From: Torpedo marmorata | Lineage: Eukaryota | NCBI GenBank assembly: GCA_977017645.1 | Contig: OZ360226.1 | Span: 41,168,001 to 41,232,000 of the forward strand | Length of the DNA stretch: 64,000 nucleotides | Direction: 5' to 3' | Shown: positions 10,899-24,723 of the stretch, piece after piece | Layout: the number at the start of each line of letters is the position of its first letter | How positions within the stretch are numbered: position 1 is the stretch's first letter | Translations under genes and position numbers: made by a program | Notes under the pieces: generated by a model | Told to the model about the DNA's origin: nothing | Databases searched by the model: none | Seen by the model: the letters and a program-made list of their open reading frames with translations, nothing else

Positions 10899-12009
10899 GA
10901 TATCATTGATTGTCTGAGTTTATCCTGAGGGTGGAAATGTCAAATACTAGAAGTTATAGGTTTAAGTTTTTTACACAGCCTGAAGCACGCTATCAGAGGA
11001 AGTTGTGGAAGCAGGTATGATAGCAACTTTTAAATGTCATTTAGACAGAAAGATAAACAGGCAGAGAATGGAGGGTTATCCACAACATGCATGCAGATTT
11101 TCAGTTTAATTTGGTATCATGGTCAGCACAGATATGGTGGGCTTAATGGCCTGTTGCTTAGCAACAATGTTCCATGTTCACTGGGAGCCGTTCTCTCCCA
11201 TTCATTGAAGGAGGTATAACCCAGCAGAGGTGTCCCAGCCATAGAGTTGAGAAGCCAGCAGAGGATCCTACTGCCACATCTGTCTTCATGAGGAGACCAT
11301 CATAGGCAATGATGCTGGAGGGGAGCGAAAGGAAGATGCTACTTCATACTTAAACGAACATCAGGGCTGGAAACTGAGACTTCCATGTGGATATGTAGAT
11401 ATGTCTCAGCATTGGCACTGATGGTGAACTCCAAATTCTGACCCATTACAACAGAGCTGATTTCCAAGAGTGTGTTGTGATAATCACTTCACATTATAGA
11501 ATCACAGCTTATTGGGTGTGCAAGCAGCAGAGCTTTAGTTTAATATGGTCATTGTGTTTGGCACAGACACCATGGTCAGAAGGGCTGTACTGTTCAATGA
11601 GCTTCTAAGAGAGCACAGGATGGAAAATTATTATTCAACAGCAGATGGAACTGTAAAGAGTTTGATCAAAGTTGAAGAAAGTGCCAGCATCTGCCTCACA
11701 GTTTCAATATCATTTAGATTATATCAAAGGATATTCTCTGCTCATAAATTATTTAGCATTATTAATATACAAAAGAGGGTTGTGATATTACATGCTACAG
11801 TAAAAATAAAAGGTAGCAATACATTTTAAAACATTTTTGCTGCTGTAAATATAGAAACATCCTTGGAAACTTGTAAATTTACTACAGTCATGAAAATTAG
11901 CTCTAAATCTGAAAAGGAGTTTTTCAGTTGAAGTTAAGAAACAGACATAGGGTATAGGCATATAAGCGGGCTCTACCAGTCAATAAAATCATGACATATC
12001 TGATTTTGG

Positions 12010-12345
12010 TCATAGACTTTTACAACATGGAAAGAATACAGGACTAAATTTTCCTGCTGACAAAGTTGTCTAGTTAAAGTAATCTCATTTGCTTGTGTTT
12101 GGCTGATAATCCACTAAACCTGACCTATCCTTGTACCGTACATTTCTAAATGTGTTTTAAATATTGTAATAGTACCCATCTCTACTATTTCCTCAGGCAA
12201 CTCATTCCACGTGCCTGACATCCTTTCTGTAAAAAAAAGTTGCCCTTTTAAATCTTCCCCCCCCACCTTAAATCTCTCCCCTCTTTCAATCCCCCTACCC
12301 TGTGAAAAAGACTATGACTATTGAGCTTATCTATAGTTTTGCCTC
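12010..12345 (-). mobile_element. CR1 LINE 3' end remnant
   Basis: Shares tgtaatagtaccc..ctcta..a.ttcctc.ggcaactcattccac with the other CR1 3' ends. Confidence 0.65.
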
Positions 12346-13132
12346 TATTTTTCTTCTCATAACATTCATCTTTTCCATAGTACAAAAAGGGGACTACTTC
12401 ATGAAAGTATTCAGACTCAACTTTCACAGGACACTTGGGTAGAGAATTCCAATAATACACAACCCTTTGCACTCACACTCAGAGTCACAGTATTTGCATT
12501 TTACCTAACACATAATCTGCCATCAGCGAACACAGAGAGTTTAAAATATTTTTAAATTAGTTTTAGCAAGTTTTACTTTGTGTATTTAAAGGTGGTAACT
12601 AGGTGAGATTTAATTAAAACAGCTGAAAATTAGTTTATCACAAATTTCTGATCATTGTTGCCATTTCAGCACTTCAGGTTAGTACGTTTTAAATTAATGA
12701 AATTCCTGCTCTTGATTGGTTCTTCCAAATCCTGGGTCAAGATAGCCGATTTCCTTCCCTGAGGGACAATTGAATTGAATTGTTTATTATGCTGTGTACT
12801 GAGCTACAGCGACAAACTTTGTTTTGCGTGCTATCAAGGCAAGTCTGCCTCGACGTAGCAGGTAACGCAAGAATAAAAATGTAGAGTTATAATGAAATAA
12901 AAGTGCAGGGTGTAGTGTTAAAGAGAAAAAGTACAGTTAAAAAAGTGTATCATCTTATGCCAATGAAAGATCCATTCAGGAATCTGACAACAGTGGTGTC
13001 TGATAATAGCATGAGTGAACCAAATACATTCTCCAGACCGTACTGCTGGCTGTTCTGCCATTATTATGCAATGAACTTGCACCTCCCTTTAAATAACTTA
13101 TTAATCCAACTCTGACAGTACCCATTATCTTG

Positions 13133-14665
13133 GTCAGAATTAGAATCAGAATTTATTGTCATGAACAAGTCACAAAATGTGTTGTTTTGCGGCAGCATTA
13201 CAGTGCAAATATTCATATAAACCACCTTACAACAATAAATAAAAATAGTGCACAAAAAGTAAAAGTAAGGCAGTGTCTTTGGTTCATTGATCATTCAGGA
13301 ATCTGATGGCAGCGGGGAAGAAGCAGACCTTTTGCTGCTGAGTGCTCGTCTTTAGGCTCCTGTATCTTTTTTCCGATGGTAGCATAGTGAACAGGGCATG
13401 GCCTGGGTGGTGGGGGTCCTTGAGGATAGAGGCTGTTTTCTTAAGACACCGCCTCTTTAGGTGTCCTCGATGGAGTGGTCTGGTGCCCGTGATGTCGCAG
13501 GCCAAGTTAACAACCTTCTGGAGTTTTTTCTTGTCCTGAGTGTTGGCACCTCCTTACCAGACAGTGATGCAACCAGACAGGATGCTCTCCACTGTATACC
13601 TGTAGAGGTTTTCGATAGTCTTCTGTTACATACCAAATCTCCTCAAACACCTCGTAAACTATAGCAGCTGGCAACCCTTCTTCATGATTGCATCAACATG
13701 GGGGCTCCAGGACAGATCCTCGGAAGTGTTAATACCCAGGAATTTGAAGTTCTTGACCCTCTCCACTACTGAGCCTTCGATGAGGACTGGGTCGTGTTCT
13801 CCTGACTTCCTCCTGAAGTCCACAATCATCTACTTGATTTTGCTAATGTTGAGCGCAAGATTGTTGGTGTGACACCACTCAACAAGCTGATCTATCTCCC
13901 TCCTGTACGCTTCCTCATTGCCGTTTGTGATTCTGCCGACAACTGTGATGTCAACGGCAAATTTGTAGATAGCATTGGAATTGTGCCTGGCCACACAGTC
14001 ATGGGTGTATAGTGAGTAGAGCAGTGGGCTAAGCATGCATCCTTGAGGTACACCTGTGTTGATAGTCAGTAAGGATGAGACATTTTTACCAATTTGTACT
14101 GACTGTGGTCTTTCGATGAGGAAGTCAAGGATCCAGTTGCAGAGGGGGTTGCAGAGGCCCAGGGTTTAGAGCTTCTTGACCAGCACTGAGGGAATAATGG
14201 TGTTGAAGGCTGAGCTGTAATCTATGAAGAGCAGCCGTATGTATGAGTTGCTGTTTTCGAGGTGATCCAGAGCTGAATGGAGAGCCAGCGATATTGCGTC
14301 TGCTGTGGAGCGATTGTGACAATAGGCGAATTACAGTGGATCCAGACCTTTGCTTAGCTACATGTTAATTCTGGCCATGACCAACCTCTCATTTCATCAC
14401 AGTAGATGTTAGTGCTAGTGGGCGATAGTCGTTGAGACAGCTCATACTGCTCTTCTTGGGCACTGGGATGATTGATGCCCTTTTGAAGTAGGTGGGAACC
14501 TCTGACTGCAGCAATGAGAGGTTGAAAATGTCCGTGAACACTCTGGCTAGTTGGTTGGCACAGATTTTCAGTACCCTGCCAGGTACTCCATCAGGTCCTG
14601 ACGCCTTGCGAGGGTTCACCCTCTTGAATAATGTTCTGACGTCAGCCTCAGAGACAGACATCATA
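13133..14665 (-). mobile_element. Rex1/Babar-like LINE, 5'-truncated, frameshifted
   Basis: [40 protein letters not shown](V)D, ILKDPHHPGH; (ttctga)n-like tail at the left end. Confidence 0.93.
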
Positions 14666-15069
14666 GATCATAAAGAAATCTTCCAATCTTTATTTGCATC
14701 ATGTTCAACAGTGTGCAAAGTTGCAAGGACAAGGACAGTCAGAGTTTGCGTACACCACTCCATCTCTCTCCTCCTCCCTCATGGTGCTCTGTGAAACCCC
14801 ATTCTTTGATCAAGTTTTGCCCACCTTTTATAAGTATCTTCTTGAGTGACATGCTTTCAAGTTTTGATTGATTCCTCCCTTGTGAAGAATCTTGGAATAT
14901 TTTCTTGTGTTAGAAGAATGAAATAAATTCCTGTTGCTGATGTCTTAAATAGGTGGGTCTAGGAGTGTTGACAAGGCTAGTTTTGTTTGGTACGTCAGTT
15001 CCAAGAAAGTACATTTGTTCTGAAGTTTATGGAGTTTTGAGGTAAACGTCACAGTGTGTAAGAATTATA

Positions 15070-15620
15070 AAAAATTAGAATGGGAGTAGGCTATCTGACA
15101 ACTTGTGCTTGCTCCACTATTCAAATGGATCCTGGATGATTTCATACTTGTTTTGGCATCACTTTTCTCTCCAATCCCTGCAACCCTTCATTCAACTCTT
15201 ACCTAAACGTCTACCTTCTTTGATCTTGAATATGCGGACTTCATCTGCCCACTTGTATAAACTGAAGAATCCCAAAGTCTCACAGCCCTCATCTCCATCT
15301 TAACTAGGTGGACTCTTATTCAGAGACTATGTTCCCTTGTTTTAGATTTGTCCAACAACAGAAACATTCTCTCAACATTGACCCTGCCAAGCTTCCTTAG
15401 AATAATCTTATATCTTTCAATAAGATAATCTCTCATTCCTCAAAACTCCAGTGGGTATTAGCCCAACACCCTCAAAGAAGACATCCTTCTTCCCATTATC
15501 CAAGCTGGTGAATATTTTTGGAAGCTCTCCAATGCAAGCATGCACCTTCCTAAGATTAAAACTGTACATAATACTCCAGATGTGGCTTTTCTCTCTTCTC
15601 TGCATAGTTATAACAAGACT
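15070..15620 (-). mobile_element. Highly decayed CR1-like LINE fragment
   Basis: Weak similarity to the CR1 3' ends elsewhere in the window. Confidence 0.45.
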
Positions 15621-15939
15621 TTACTCCTTTTATTCTCTATCACTGCATTCACTTGAGAAAAATCCATTTGTCTTTCTCATTGGTTGCTTCAATGGCATTC
15701 TATATTTTATGAAGCTAATTGGGATGTTTTGTACATGTAAGCATAGAAATTGTTGTCCTGTTACCAAAAAAGGAATTGCATTCTGATAACACCTCTTCTA
15801 ACCTCAGGTCATTTCAATGTGCTTTTCCATAGCAGGAAAGTCTTAGAAATAGTGTTAATGTAGGAAACAAAGCAGCCAAATTGTACACAGCAAGTTCCTT
15901 TGAACATAATTGTGATATTAGCTATCAGTAAGGAAAATA

Positions 15940-16130
15940 AACTGCAGATGCTGATAAATTGAAATATAAACAGAAAATTGCTGTCAGCATTCAGCAAACC
16001 AGGCAGCAGGTATGCAAAGAGAAATAGAATTAAGGTTTCAGAATTGGATCTTCATTCTGAAATTTTAACAACTTTCTCTCTCCGGAGGTGCTCCAGACAT
16101 GTTGAGTGTTTCCAGTTATTTTTGTTCTTC
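15940..16130. mobile_element. Old inverted (palindromic) Penelope-terminus derivative
   Basis: ctgcagatgctg...cagcaaaccaggcagca...gtttcagaat, followed by a mirror-oriented tgaaa...tgagtgtttccag segment. Confidence 0.5.
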
Positions 16131-16954
16131 TGTGGTGCCAGCTGGGGAATTTGGATTAGTATTTTTAGTTTGGAATAAATATCAACAAGGACTGATAGTC
16201 AGCTATCAGGCTCTTGAACGTTACTGTGCTGCCCTAACTGGGACATTACTTCAAGAACACCAAAGATCTGCTGACACTGCATGGCCAACTTTGAACAGTT
16301 ATTTATTTACTTGTCTAGCTATTATTTATTTATTTTACACTTGACTTCCTGTTATATTTATTATCTTTTATTTCTCTTATGTGTTAACTATAGTTAAATG
16401 GTTGTTGTTTATGTACGTAGGGAGCTGCAGCAAATAAGACCTTCATTGCATCTGTACATTGTACTTGTGTATATGATAATAAACTTCATTCTTTCACACA
16501 TTAGGGAGAGTTCATCTTTGAAATAGAACCATGAAATCTTTTTTCATTCACCCAAATGAAAAGTCAAAGCCTCGTCTTAATACCTTATCTGAGAAAAAGG
16601 CAGTCATAAAACCAGCTCTGAACTCACAGTGTTGAAAAGTCAGTTAGATTCTTGTGTGAACATTTATCCCTTATTCTTTACATGAAACAAAAGCAACAAA
16701 GGTCCCAACTTGTTATTATCCACCTGCGATTTGAGTCATTAATTGGGGACATATTCTAACTGACTTCAACCACTCATGTCAAAAATAAGGATTTCCCACT
16801 ATCCAAAAGATCTCCACCATATGCTTCTGGTGCTGTGTTACACATTTTAGTGTTCTGATCCCTGAATTTCCAAAACACAATGCAATTTACAGCAACCACA
16901 ATATCATGGTCTTGTTGGCTGATGAGAATAAATGTTAATCTCCATTTGAAAGGG

Positions 16955-17250
16955 GACGATGGCACAGCTAGTCGAGCTGCTGCCTCAGAGAGCCTGAGAC
17001 CCATGCTCTTCCTGGCTTCTGTTGCTGTCTCTGTGAATTTGAACATTCTTCCCGTGACCCTATAGGTGCTCCGGTTTCTCCCACATTCCAAAGACTTACG
17101 GGTCATTGGGTTAATTGGCTGCTGTAAATCTCCCTAGCATGTAAGTACATTGGAAGGAAGTTGATGGGAATGTGAGAGAATAAAATGGAATTGGTGGAGG
17201 ATTTGTGTAGCTGAGAGCCCTGTTTGCATGCTATATGATCCTATGACTGA
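16955..17250 (+). mobile_element. Older tRNA-derived (V-SINE-like) SINE
   Basis: Central domain ggtgctccggtttctcccacattccaaagac...ggttaattggc and a CR1-like tail. Confidence 0.7.
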
Positions 17251-17528
17251 CAATAGGCATGAATGCACAGACTCTGATTCAGAGGTGAAAATTTTACCAG
17301 TGGAGATCCCTTTCATGAAGATCCCATGATTAAATATCCAAATATTAGTTGACGTGTAAATGTATTATTTTCCTAAATGGTTGCTTGCTCTAAAAGAGAA
17401 TAAATAGTAAGTTGCAGTCTTCTGGGGTAAGAGGGTAAAGGAGTAACTCAAGATAGTTTGTCCAAATGTGGGGTTGGAATGAAGCAAAGAAGAGCATTAA
17501 TGCCCATGTTCTTTGCTCTTCTTTCTAG

Positions 17529-17730
17529 TCTCAGAGGCGTGTTACATTTCACCTCCCCGATGGCTCCCAGGAAAGCTGCAGTGATAGTGGTCTAGGAGAC
17601 CATGAGCCGGTAAATGGTGGCCTGCTGATCTCACACCCTCTCCCTCTGGTTCAGCCGCAGGACGAGTTCTACGAGCAGGCTTCCCCAGACAAGAGGACCG
17701 AGGCCGATGGCAATTCTGACCCGAACTCTA
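17529..17730 (+). CDS. pcdh9: Protocadherin-9 internal coding exon (cytoplasmic domain with CM3/RRVTF and CM1)
   Basis: Polypyrimidine tract + AG (17527-28); 202 bp translating to [67 protein letters not shown] + 1 nt; then a GTAAGT donor. Nearly identical to the mammalian PCDH9 penultimate exon as I recall it. Not in the ORF track. Confidence 0.97.
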
Positions 17731-18764
17731 GTAAGTGACCACTTCTTCCTCTTCCAGACATTGGTGCTGTACACTCGAAACTTCACTCAACCAGGGACCT
17801 CATTGGTCTTTTCTTTAGTCCTGCCAAAGGTTGCAAGGTCAGTTCTTGTTGCCTCCCTTCTTTGATTTGAATGTATTCCCAGGTGACATGTGGAGCCACA
17901 GGTCAGATTGCTTACTACAGTGCAAATTTTTATATCCTCTCCTTCTATGTAGTATATAGGCAAGGAGACTTGTGCTGTCTCCATTATGGTGCAGTTCCAA
18001 ACTCTATATGCTCCTGGCATTTGGCAACGGTTGGGTTGGGACTGGTGCTTGGTTGTGGGGATGGGTTAATTCGGGAGATGGCAAAACTGACTATCATTCT
18101 CTCTGCTGATTTTTCCACAACTTTTCCTGTTCACATCTCCAGTAACTGGGTATGATACTACAAGTTTAAGCATTCAGTGAATTCCCCCTTACAAATGTAA
18201 TTTGATGAGAGAGCAGAAAGAGATGGTATGGCTATTTATCTTGGACAGGATCACTGATGCCAATTTTCCATTCACTGAGATATGCTGACTTCATTGGATG
18301 TTGACTGGGTTTCTTTACACCATGATGGTTTCTTATGAGATATAACCTAATCTTCTGTAATCTGATCCATTGCATCATCTTATGATTATTTATAGAGCAG
18401 ATCATCAATGAGATGCTTACAAATATTATTTTGGTGCCTCTTTAAACCTATTTGTGAGCATCTTATGTCATTACATTTGTATGATCTGCCTGCTGAATTT
18501 TAATTTTAGAATTTCTGCATAATTTGAATTTAGATCATACATCAGTGCTTTACAATGTAGTATCTTAAAGGAACCAATACTTGTATTTGTGGGAGAAACA
18601 GATTGCTAACTGGAACAGCAGAGTCTATGGATTAATTTGCTTCCTATTTTGCATTCGGCTGATGAAATTAGGATTCTAAAACCCCTAGGTGCTTGATAAA
18701 CAAAGAGTGAAGGATTACTGGGTTGGATGGGACTGTGGGGTTGAACTCACATTCATATCAGCCA

Positions 18765-19015
18765 TAAAACTGCAGAAGCTGCCTCATTAAATGTATTTAA
18801 GGCACAGCTTGACAGAGTTTGAATAGGAGAATTAAGGAGTTTTGGGAACAGGAGGGTGCAGAGCTGGGTCCATGGACAGATCAGCCATTATCTTATTGAA
18901 TGGCAGAGCAGGCTCAATAGGCCAGATGGCCAACTCCTGCTCCTTTTTCTTATGTTCTTATTGATTGGTGGAGCAGGTTGAAATGGTTGAGTGGCCTATT
19001 CCTGCTTCTAATGTG
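18765..19015 (+). mobile_element. CR1 LINE 3' end
   Basis: gatcagccat..tcttattgaatggc.gagcaggctc...ctcctgctcct..ttcttatgttctta tail. Confidence 0.75.
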
Positions 19016-19409
19016 TGCTTCTATTGTAGTTACTGAATCATGCATCCCAGGAATATCTCATCTGAATCATGATCAGGATCAAGTTAGCAGTTCTCAGTCA
19101 ACACAGCAAGGGTGAGGCTCCCAGTAGCTGTGTTGGGAAAGGTTAACAAGGCTTCCTGCTCCTTATCATTATAAACATATGTAAAATTAAAAGTGCATGT
19201 TCATGGTCATATGGATCCATCTCCCCTCAAGTAAAGGATAGACTTCCAATACTCTCAGAATTGATAAAAGTATATATCAAATATTGCTCAAGGAATGATT
19301 CTGTACAAAATGTCATACAATATACAATGAGGAGTATAACAGAGATAAAACCAGAGTAAAAATAATAGCACTGACGTATCAGTATTGTGGCGTTCACAAG
19401 ATGGAGAGC

Positions 19410-19730
19410 CTTCAAGTTCAAGTTTATGGTCACTGGTACAGTGAGAAGTGTCCTTCTGCAAGCAGTCTGGCAAGTCAACTCTAACATTTATACAGCTGCA
19501 CCAAGTAGCAGGGCAAGAGCACAGATACAAAGCAGAAAGTGTTTAGGGTTAAAATGAAAAAGATCAAGGAAAGGCAGCATGAGTGCTCAGTTGGGTTCAT
19601 TCAATAGCTTGATGTTAAGATGAAAAGATTGTCTTTAAGCCTGTTGGTTTGCAAGTTCACACTCTTGAACCTTCTCCCCAATGTAAGGTCAGAGAAGAGA
19701 GTGTGTTGGGCTTGGATGTTCGACTGACTA
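19410..19730 (-). mobile_element. Old Rex1-like LINE 3' end
   Basis: ttcaagttcaagtttat tail, followed by a decayed C-terminal coding segment. Confidence 0.5.
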
Positions 19731-20574
19731 GGTGTCGTCTCACCAATACCGTGTAACACAAACCTGCCTATTCAAGAACTCCAACCTTTTCACAATAAAG
19801 GCCAATTGCCTTTGTCACTGCTTGTTGCACCTTCTTTTTTTTATCTTTTTTGTGACTTGTGCACCGGAACCCTTGGATCTCTCTGAACACTCATTTTCAG
19901 TCTCTCATCATTTGGATGATAATCCATGCTGTTAATCTTACTGTGATTTTTGATGAGGTTTAACTAGTGCTTTGAGAGGAGAAGCCATGCATGCTGCATG
20001 AAAATTTATCCATGGAGCCAAAAGAGACCCCATGGACTTTAGTTATTTAAAGCTTGTGAGTGTTTGCTGTTGATTTCAAAATATGCCACCTCAGGAAGTC
20101 TGGCATTTCTTTAGCTATTGTAAAAGGAAATTAAAGGTAATAGTTTATGCCAATCTAATACTCAAGAAAAGGAGAGCAAGCATACCATGGAGAAAAATAG
20201 TTTGTTTATAGAAGCCAAGAAAACAGGAGACGGTATCCTGCCAAGTGTGCAAGAGTAATGTTCTTCCCTAATATGAGTTTTGTCTGTAAAATTAGTTGCA
20301 TTTTTCTCATGGTTTCATTGCTTGTTGATTGCAAGGATAATGCATGATTTAAATAGAGAAGTAATGAAATATTGAACAAAATTGACAGAACCAAAGAAAA
20401 TTTGCTGAGTTTTAAAATAAATAGTCCCTTTAAAGAGAAAATTTGTCAAATCAAAACACTCCTATTTTGCCCACTTAAATTGGGGTATAGAGAGGGTGTC
20501 TCAGGAACTGGTCAATTATTTGCAAAGGCAGTGTAGGCAAGATGTATTACTTACTTGGAACTTGTAAGGAGGTT

Positions 20575-20960
20575 GGACAAATAAAATAGAGCACTGGGAG
20601 AACTCAGCTGGTTAGGCAGATTCTGGGGAGGCAAGAAATGTAAAAGTAAATGTTTTAGGTTGAGGCCCTGCGTTAGGACTGAGAGAGAAGAGGAATGATG
20701 GGCAGATGGAACCAAATGCAGGAGGTTATGGGGGGGTTTTGTTGTTGTGGGACAGAAGGTGATAGGTGAAAGGTGGAACCAAATGAGGAACGGATGAAGA
20801 ACAGATGGGGAATCAGGTGGAGGAGATAGAAGGGAGAGGTGAACAAAGGCAGACAGGTGTGTGCTTGTGTGTGTGTGCATGTCAGGAGTGTGGGTTATCT
20901 GAAATTGGAGAATTCAATGTTCATACATTAGGTTCTAAGCTGGGTTATAAGGAGGTTGTT
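20575..20960 (-). mobile_element. Old Penelope-like 3' fragment
   Basis: Same order of parts as the 540-1993 copy: terminal segment (gggagaactcagc), purine-rich UTR, and ttggagaattcaatgttcat encoding the MNIEFSNF C-terminus. Confidence 0.7.
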
Positions 20961-21313
20961 CAGCACTCCTGGTCTATGAATAGCAATTCCATCAATCCCA
21001 TTTCACTTCTCCTTATTTTCCTGCACACCTACAACTTATTCTGCCTTACACATGCCCACCAACTCCACTTTGAGACTTCAACAAAGCAAGAGTATAATTG
21101 TTGGACCAGATTTTGAAGATCAACTGCAAAGAGAACCAAGGCTGCGATCAGATGGAGCAATTGATTAAAATACATCTTATGCCCTGTGGTTACATTGTAT
21201 GGCCTTGTGAATGTTGTTGATTGATTGAACAGATGAGATTTGACATTTCCCGTAATGATGTTGTTGCAGCATTAATGAACCTGCTTCTTTTGAATTTATC
21301 TCTCAGTTTAATA

Positions 21314-21640
21314 CAGTGGTTTTTAAACTGCCCCCTAAACTCACATTCCACCTTAAGCAATCCCTATGCCATAAGTGCTCTGTGATTAGTAAGGGATTGC
21401 TTAAGGTGGTATGTGAGTGGAAAGAAAAAGTTTGAAAACCACTGTTTTAATCGTACCTAATTGACTCGTTATGTGCACGGTTTCATAACTCCAAAGGAAA
21501 TGGGCCAATGGCAATTTTTCTCAAGCAAAATATTTCAGTTCCAATTGGGTCTAGAGCAGTGGTTCTCAACCTTCTCTTCCCACTCACATACCACCTTAAG
21601 CAATTCCTTACTAATCACAGAGCATTTATGGCATAGGGAT
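21314..21640. mobile_element. hAT-Charlie-type MITE built from inverted subunits, right end truncated
   Basis: cagtggtttttaaac...gtttgaaaaccactg (21314-21444), and a second inverted unit starting cagtggttctcaacc at 21557 after an NTCTAGAN-like site. Confidence 0.8.
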
Positions 21641-21649
21641 TTGTGGACT

Positions 21650-24550
21650 GAATTGATTTCTTGCCATGTTTCTCTTTGACCGTTGCATGAAGTTATATCC
21701 TAAAGTATTAAAATTGTTTTCTGTTTTACAGTGTACTTGTCTTCATCAATTAATATCATGTACAGAGTCTCTACAGGTACCTGCAACACACTTATAGGAT
21801 GATTTGTTTTGATATACAGAATATGAACTTCAGAGATTTTAAGTTGCTTCATAAGTACCTTCAGGAGCCCCTGAGATTTTATTGAGATTTCATTGGTTGG
21901 CAGGGAAAAGAAAAAAAACATATTCCATTGCTTGAAAATGCTTTTGATTATAAATTTGTTGTAATGATCCAGCTCAATTACATATATTAAATTTCCTGCT
22001 CCCAACCCAAGTAGTGCAAAGATTTGCCTGTAGTTTCCTCTAAAATGACCTGGGGAATGCCTACTTCCTGATGACATGACCAGTTAATGTGTCCTTCTGC
22101 CCAGAGAGCATTGTATTGGAGTGGAGATGAAGAGGCAGACACACATTGAGCTGAGGAAAATTAATGTTGACGTTATTTTTGCGATAAATTATTGGTGAGG
22201 TATAGAATTTGTGGGAAATGGGAAATCTTTGGCACCAGCAGTTGGACTTTTCCTGGTCATGTTTAGCTATGGTGTGTATCTTCATTCTATCTATTGCAGC
22301 AAGGTGTTGTGGCCTGAACCTGACTGAATAAGCCCTGAGTATAGCACTTTAGTGTTGCCTATCTTGTAGTGTCTCACTTCTGAGTCAGAAAGAAACTTAT
22401 GAGTGCAAATCCCACTTAGTATGCTTAATCATTAAAATCAAGATTGATGCTGTCTGTTGCACATAATTTTCAGTGATACAATTTCCTGAGCCCTCTTCAG
22501 CTGGACATAAAAAAATTCCCCTGTCCTCCAGTTTGAAAGAGAATGGAGACATTATTCCCAGCATGCTGTCAAATGTTTATCCCTCCGATGACATTATTGT
22601 GACAGACAGCGGTACAATTTCATGCACTATTTTCTGCATGAGCTCATGATAGATTTTTATTGTATTACTTTTGATCTCTGCTTCTGAAATTTGCTTGCCT
22701 GGATTTTAAATCTAAGATGAATATGAATGGTTTAGCACATTGTGCATTCAACATGCAAAAGCGGGCACAAATATCTCCACCAATCTGGCTCTTCTCGCAT
22801 GGGAACTCCACTTCATTGGTTGTAAATATTTTGGGCCATTCTAAAATTCTGGAAGGCATGGTTCAAGTAGAGAATTTGCTTATTTTGTTCAATGTTTCCA
22901 TCTCACACTCCAATTTTCCTTGTGGCCTCTGAATGAGATGATCCGATTGGTGTCAATAAATGATGAACTATGATTGAATTTTCTTGTGGTTTTGTACTCA
23001 CGAACCACATAGATGTACAGCTGACAGCCAAGATCGAACAACTACTTCTGTGCCACGGATGGTATGCTAATCTACAGCAACACCTTGTATCTGACATATC
23101 ATATATTTTATGAGTGCTGTCAAATGAGGGTTAAGTTTTAGGTTTTATTTAATTCCTTCTTCCCACAGTAAGATTGACTTATTGTCTATGAACATTCTTG
23201 GAACCTGTTCTTTTCAGATTGAATATTGATTGATATCTCACCAAAGAGTTTTGTTTCATTATCTGTGGACAACAGTGTGTAGCTTCTGTGGCAATACTCT
23301 TATTCCCATGTTTGTCTTTGCCTTCATATTTGATTTATAAATCCACAGAGATCACTTTACTCTCTAACAATCACAATCCGTGCAGTATCAGTCAAGATTG
23401 TACAGGTTGAATACAAGCTCCCAGGGTTAAGTCTTGAAGTCAGCAGATATTGTGGTGTCTGATATGTCATGTTAACTCGTGAGCCAGATGCCAACAATGC
23501 AGCCTGGCCGAAGTGTGTCAGTGAGTTGCTGTGGTCCATAACTGTTTGACCATTGGCCAAGATCTACAAATGCAACAGACATCGAGTTGACATTATACAG
23601 GAGCTCACACAAAAGCTGACAAATTCAGGGCCAGGTCTGAGTTGAACTTGATTGGGGATGAGTGCATTAAATTGGAGAACAGGAAAGAGATATTCCAGAT
23701 GCAAACAAGTGAATGGTGACAGGCCTGTGATCACAGGACTGGCTTGTGGGATGAGGGTTGGTTCAGGAGATAGGAACCTAGGGGTGGGGTCAGGGTTCTC
23801 AGACAATAAATACTCAGGAGCTAGTGGGTGTGGGAAATTATTGAGCAAGTGTTGCAAATGTAGGGTTGGTGGAGATGGTGTACAGCAGAAGTCCGATCAA
23901 AATAAGAATGTATGAAAGGAATGTACTTTTGTCAAGTTCTAGAGCCTGGTTGGGAGGATAGCTTTAAATTGGATTCCCAACAAGCAAGGAGTGCCAATGA
24001 AACACATGGAGCAATAGTTGGACATTCTCTGAAATTAGTATAAATTTATATCAGGCTCTTTAGCCCATGACCAGCACCTTGTTGTTGTGTTGTTGATGAT
24101 CTTGATCCTTGACCACTTACTGTCTCTGAAGAGATTTTCTTTTTCTTTTCTTTCCTTTATCTCCTTTCTTCTTTTGCAAGATGGTGCTTGAGTGGAATGC
24201 AAAAGAAAGCTTTTCATTGTATCTCAATACACGTGACGATAATACATAAATCGAAATCTATTGCTCATCACTCTTTCTCGAGTCAGACCATGGCATCTTG
24301 TCTTCAGTATGGCGATGTGTACAAAGATGACTGATTAGACCTACCTTTCAAATTGGTGACAGAGGTGCAGGGATTTTTTGGCATCAGTGGTTCTTGTTTT
24401 TTTGAGATTCTTTTTTCCTCTTTGCTTCCTCCATTCAAGCTTCCTCATATAAATGAGCACCACAATTTTTTGTGGGTATGCCGAGCAGGATGATCCAGTG
24501 CTTGTTGTTTCTCATAGTATGTGTCAACGTTGAAATGCTTCAGGGATGTT
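21650..24550 (-). pseudogene. Possible very ancient Gypsy-like pol relic
   Basis: Short ORF pieces in the expected order: AALLASGSRVN (protease-like LLDSGS, about 23500) and GGDICARFCMLN / FILDLKS (RT-like, about 22700-22790). Weak, by-eye similarity only. Confidence 0.3.
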
Positions 24551-24723
24551 CTGGGCCAGCCATTCTCAACAGAGGCCATAAGGCCCCCCTGGGGTGGGGG
24601 GGTTCAAAGCACATTTAAGGGGGGCCACAGACTGAAATCCTAATTTTTTTTTATTTTTATGTAGTCTGTAGGAGAGAAGTACAGAAGAAACCAACTACAC
24701 TTGACTGCTTCACAGGGAAGGGG

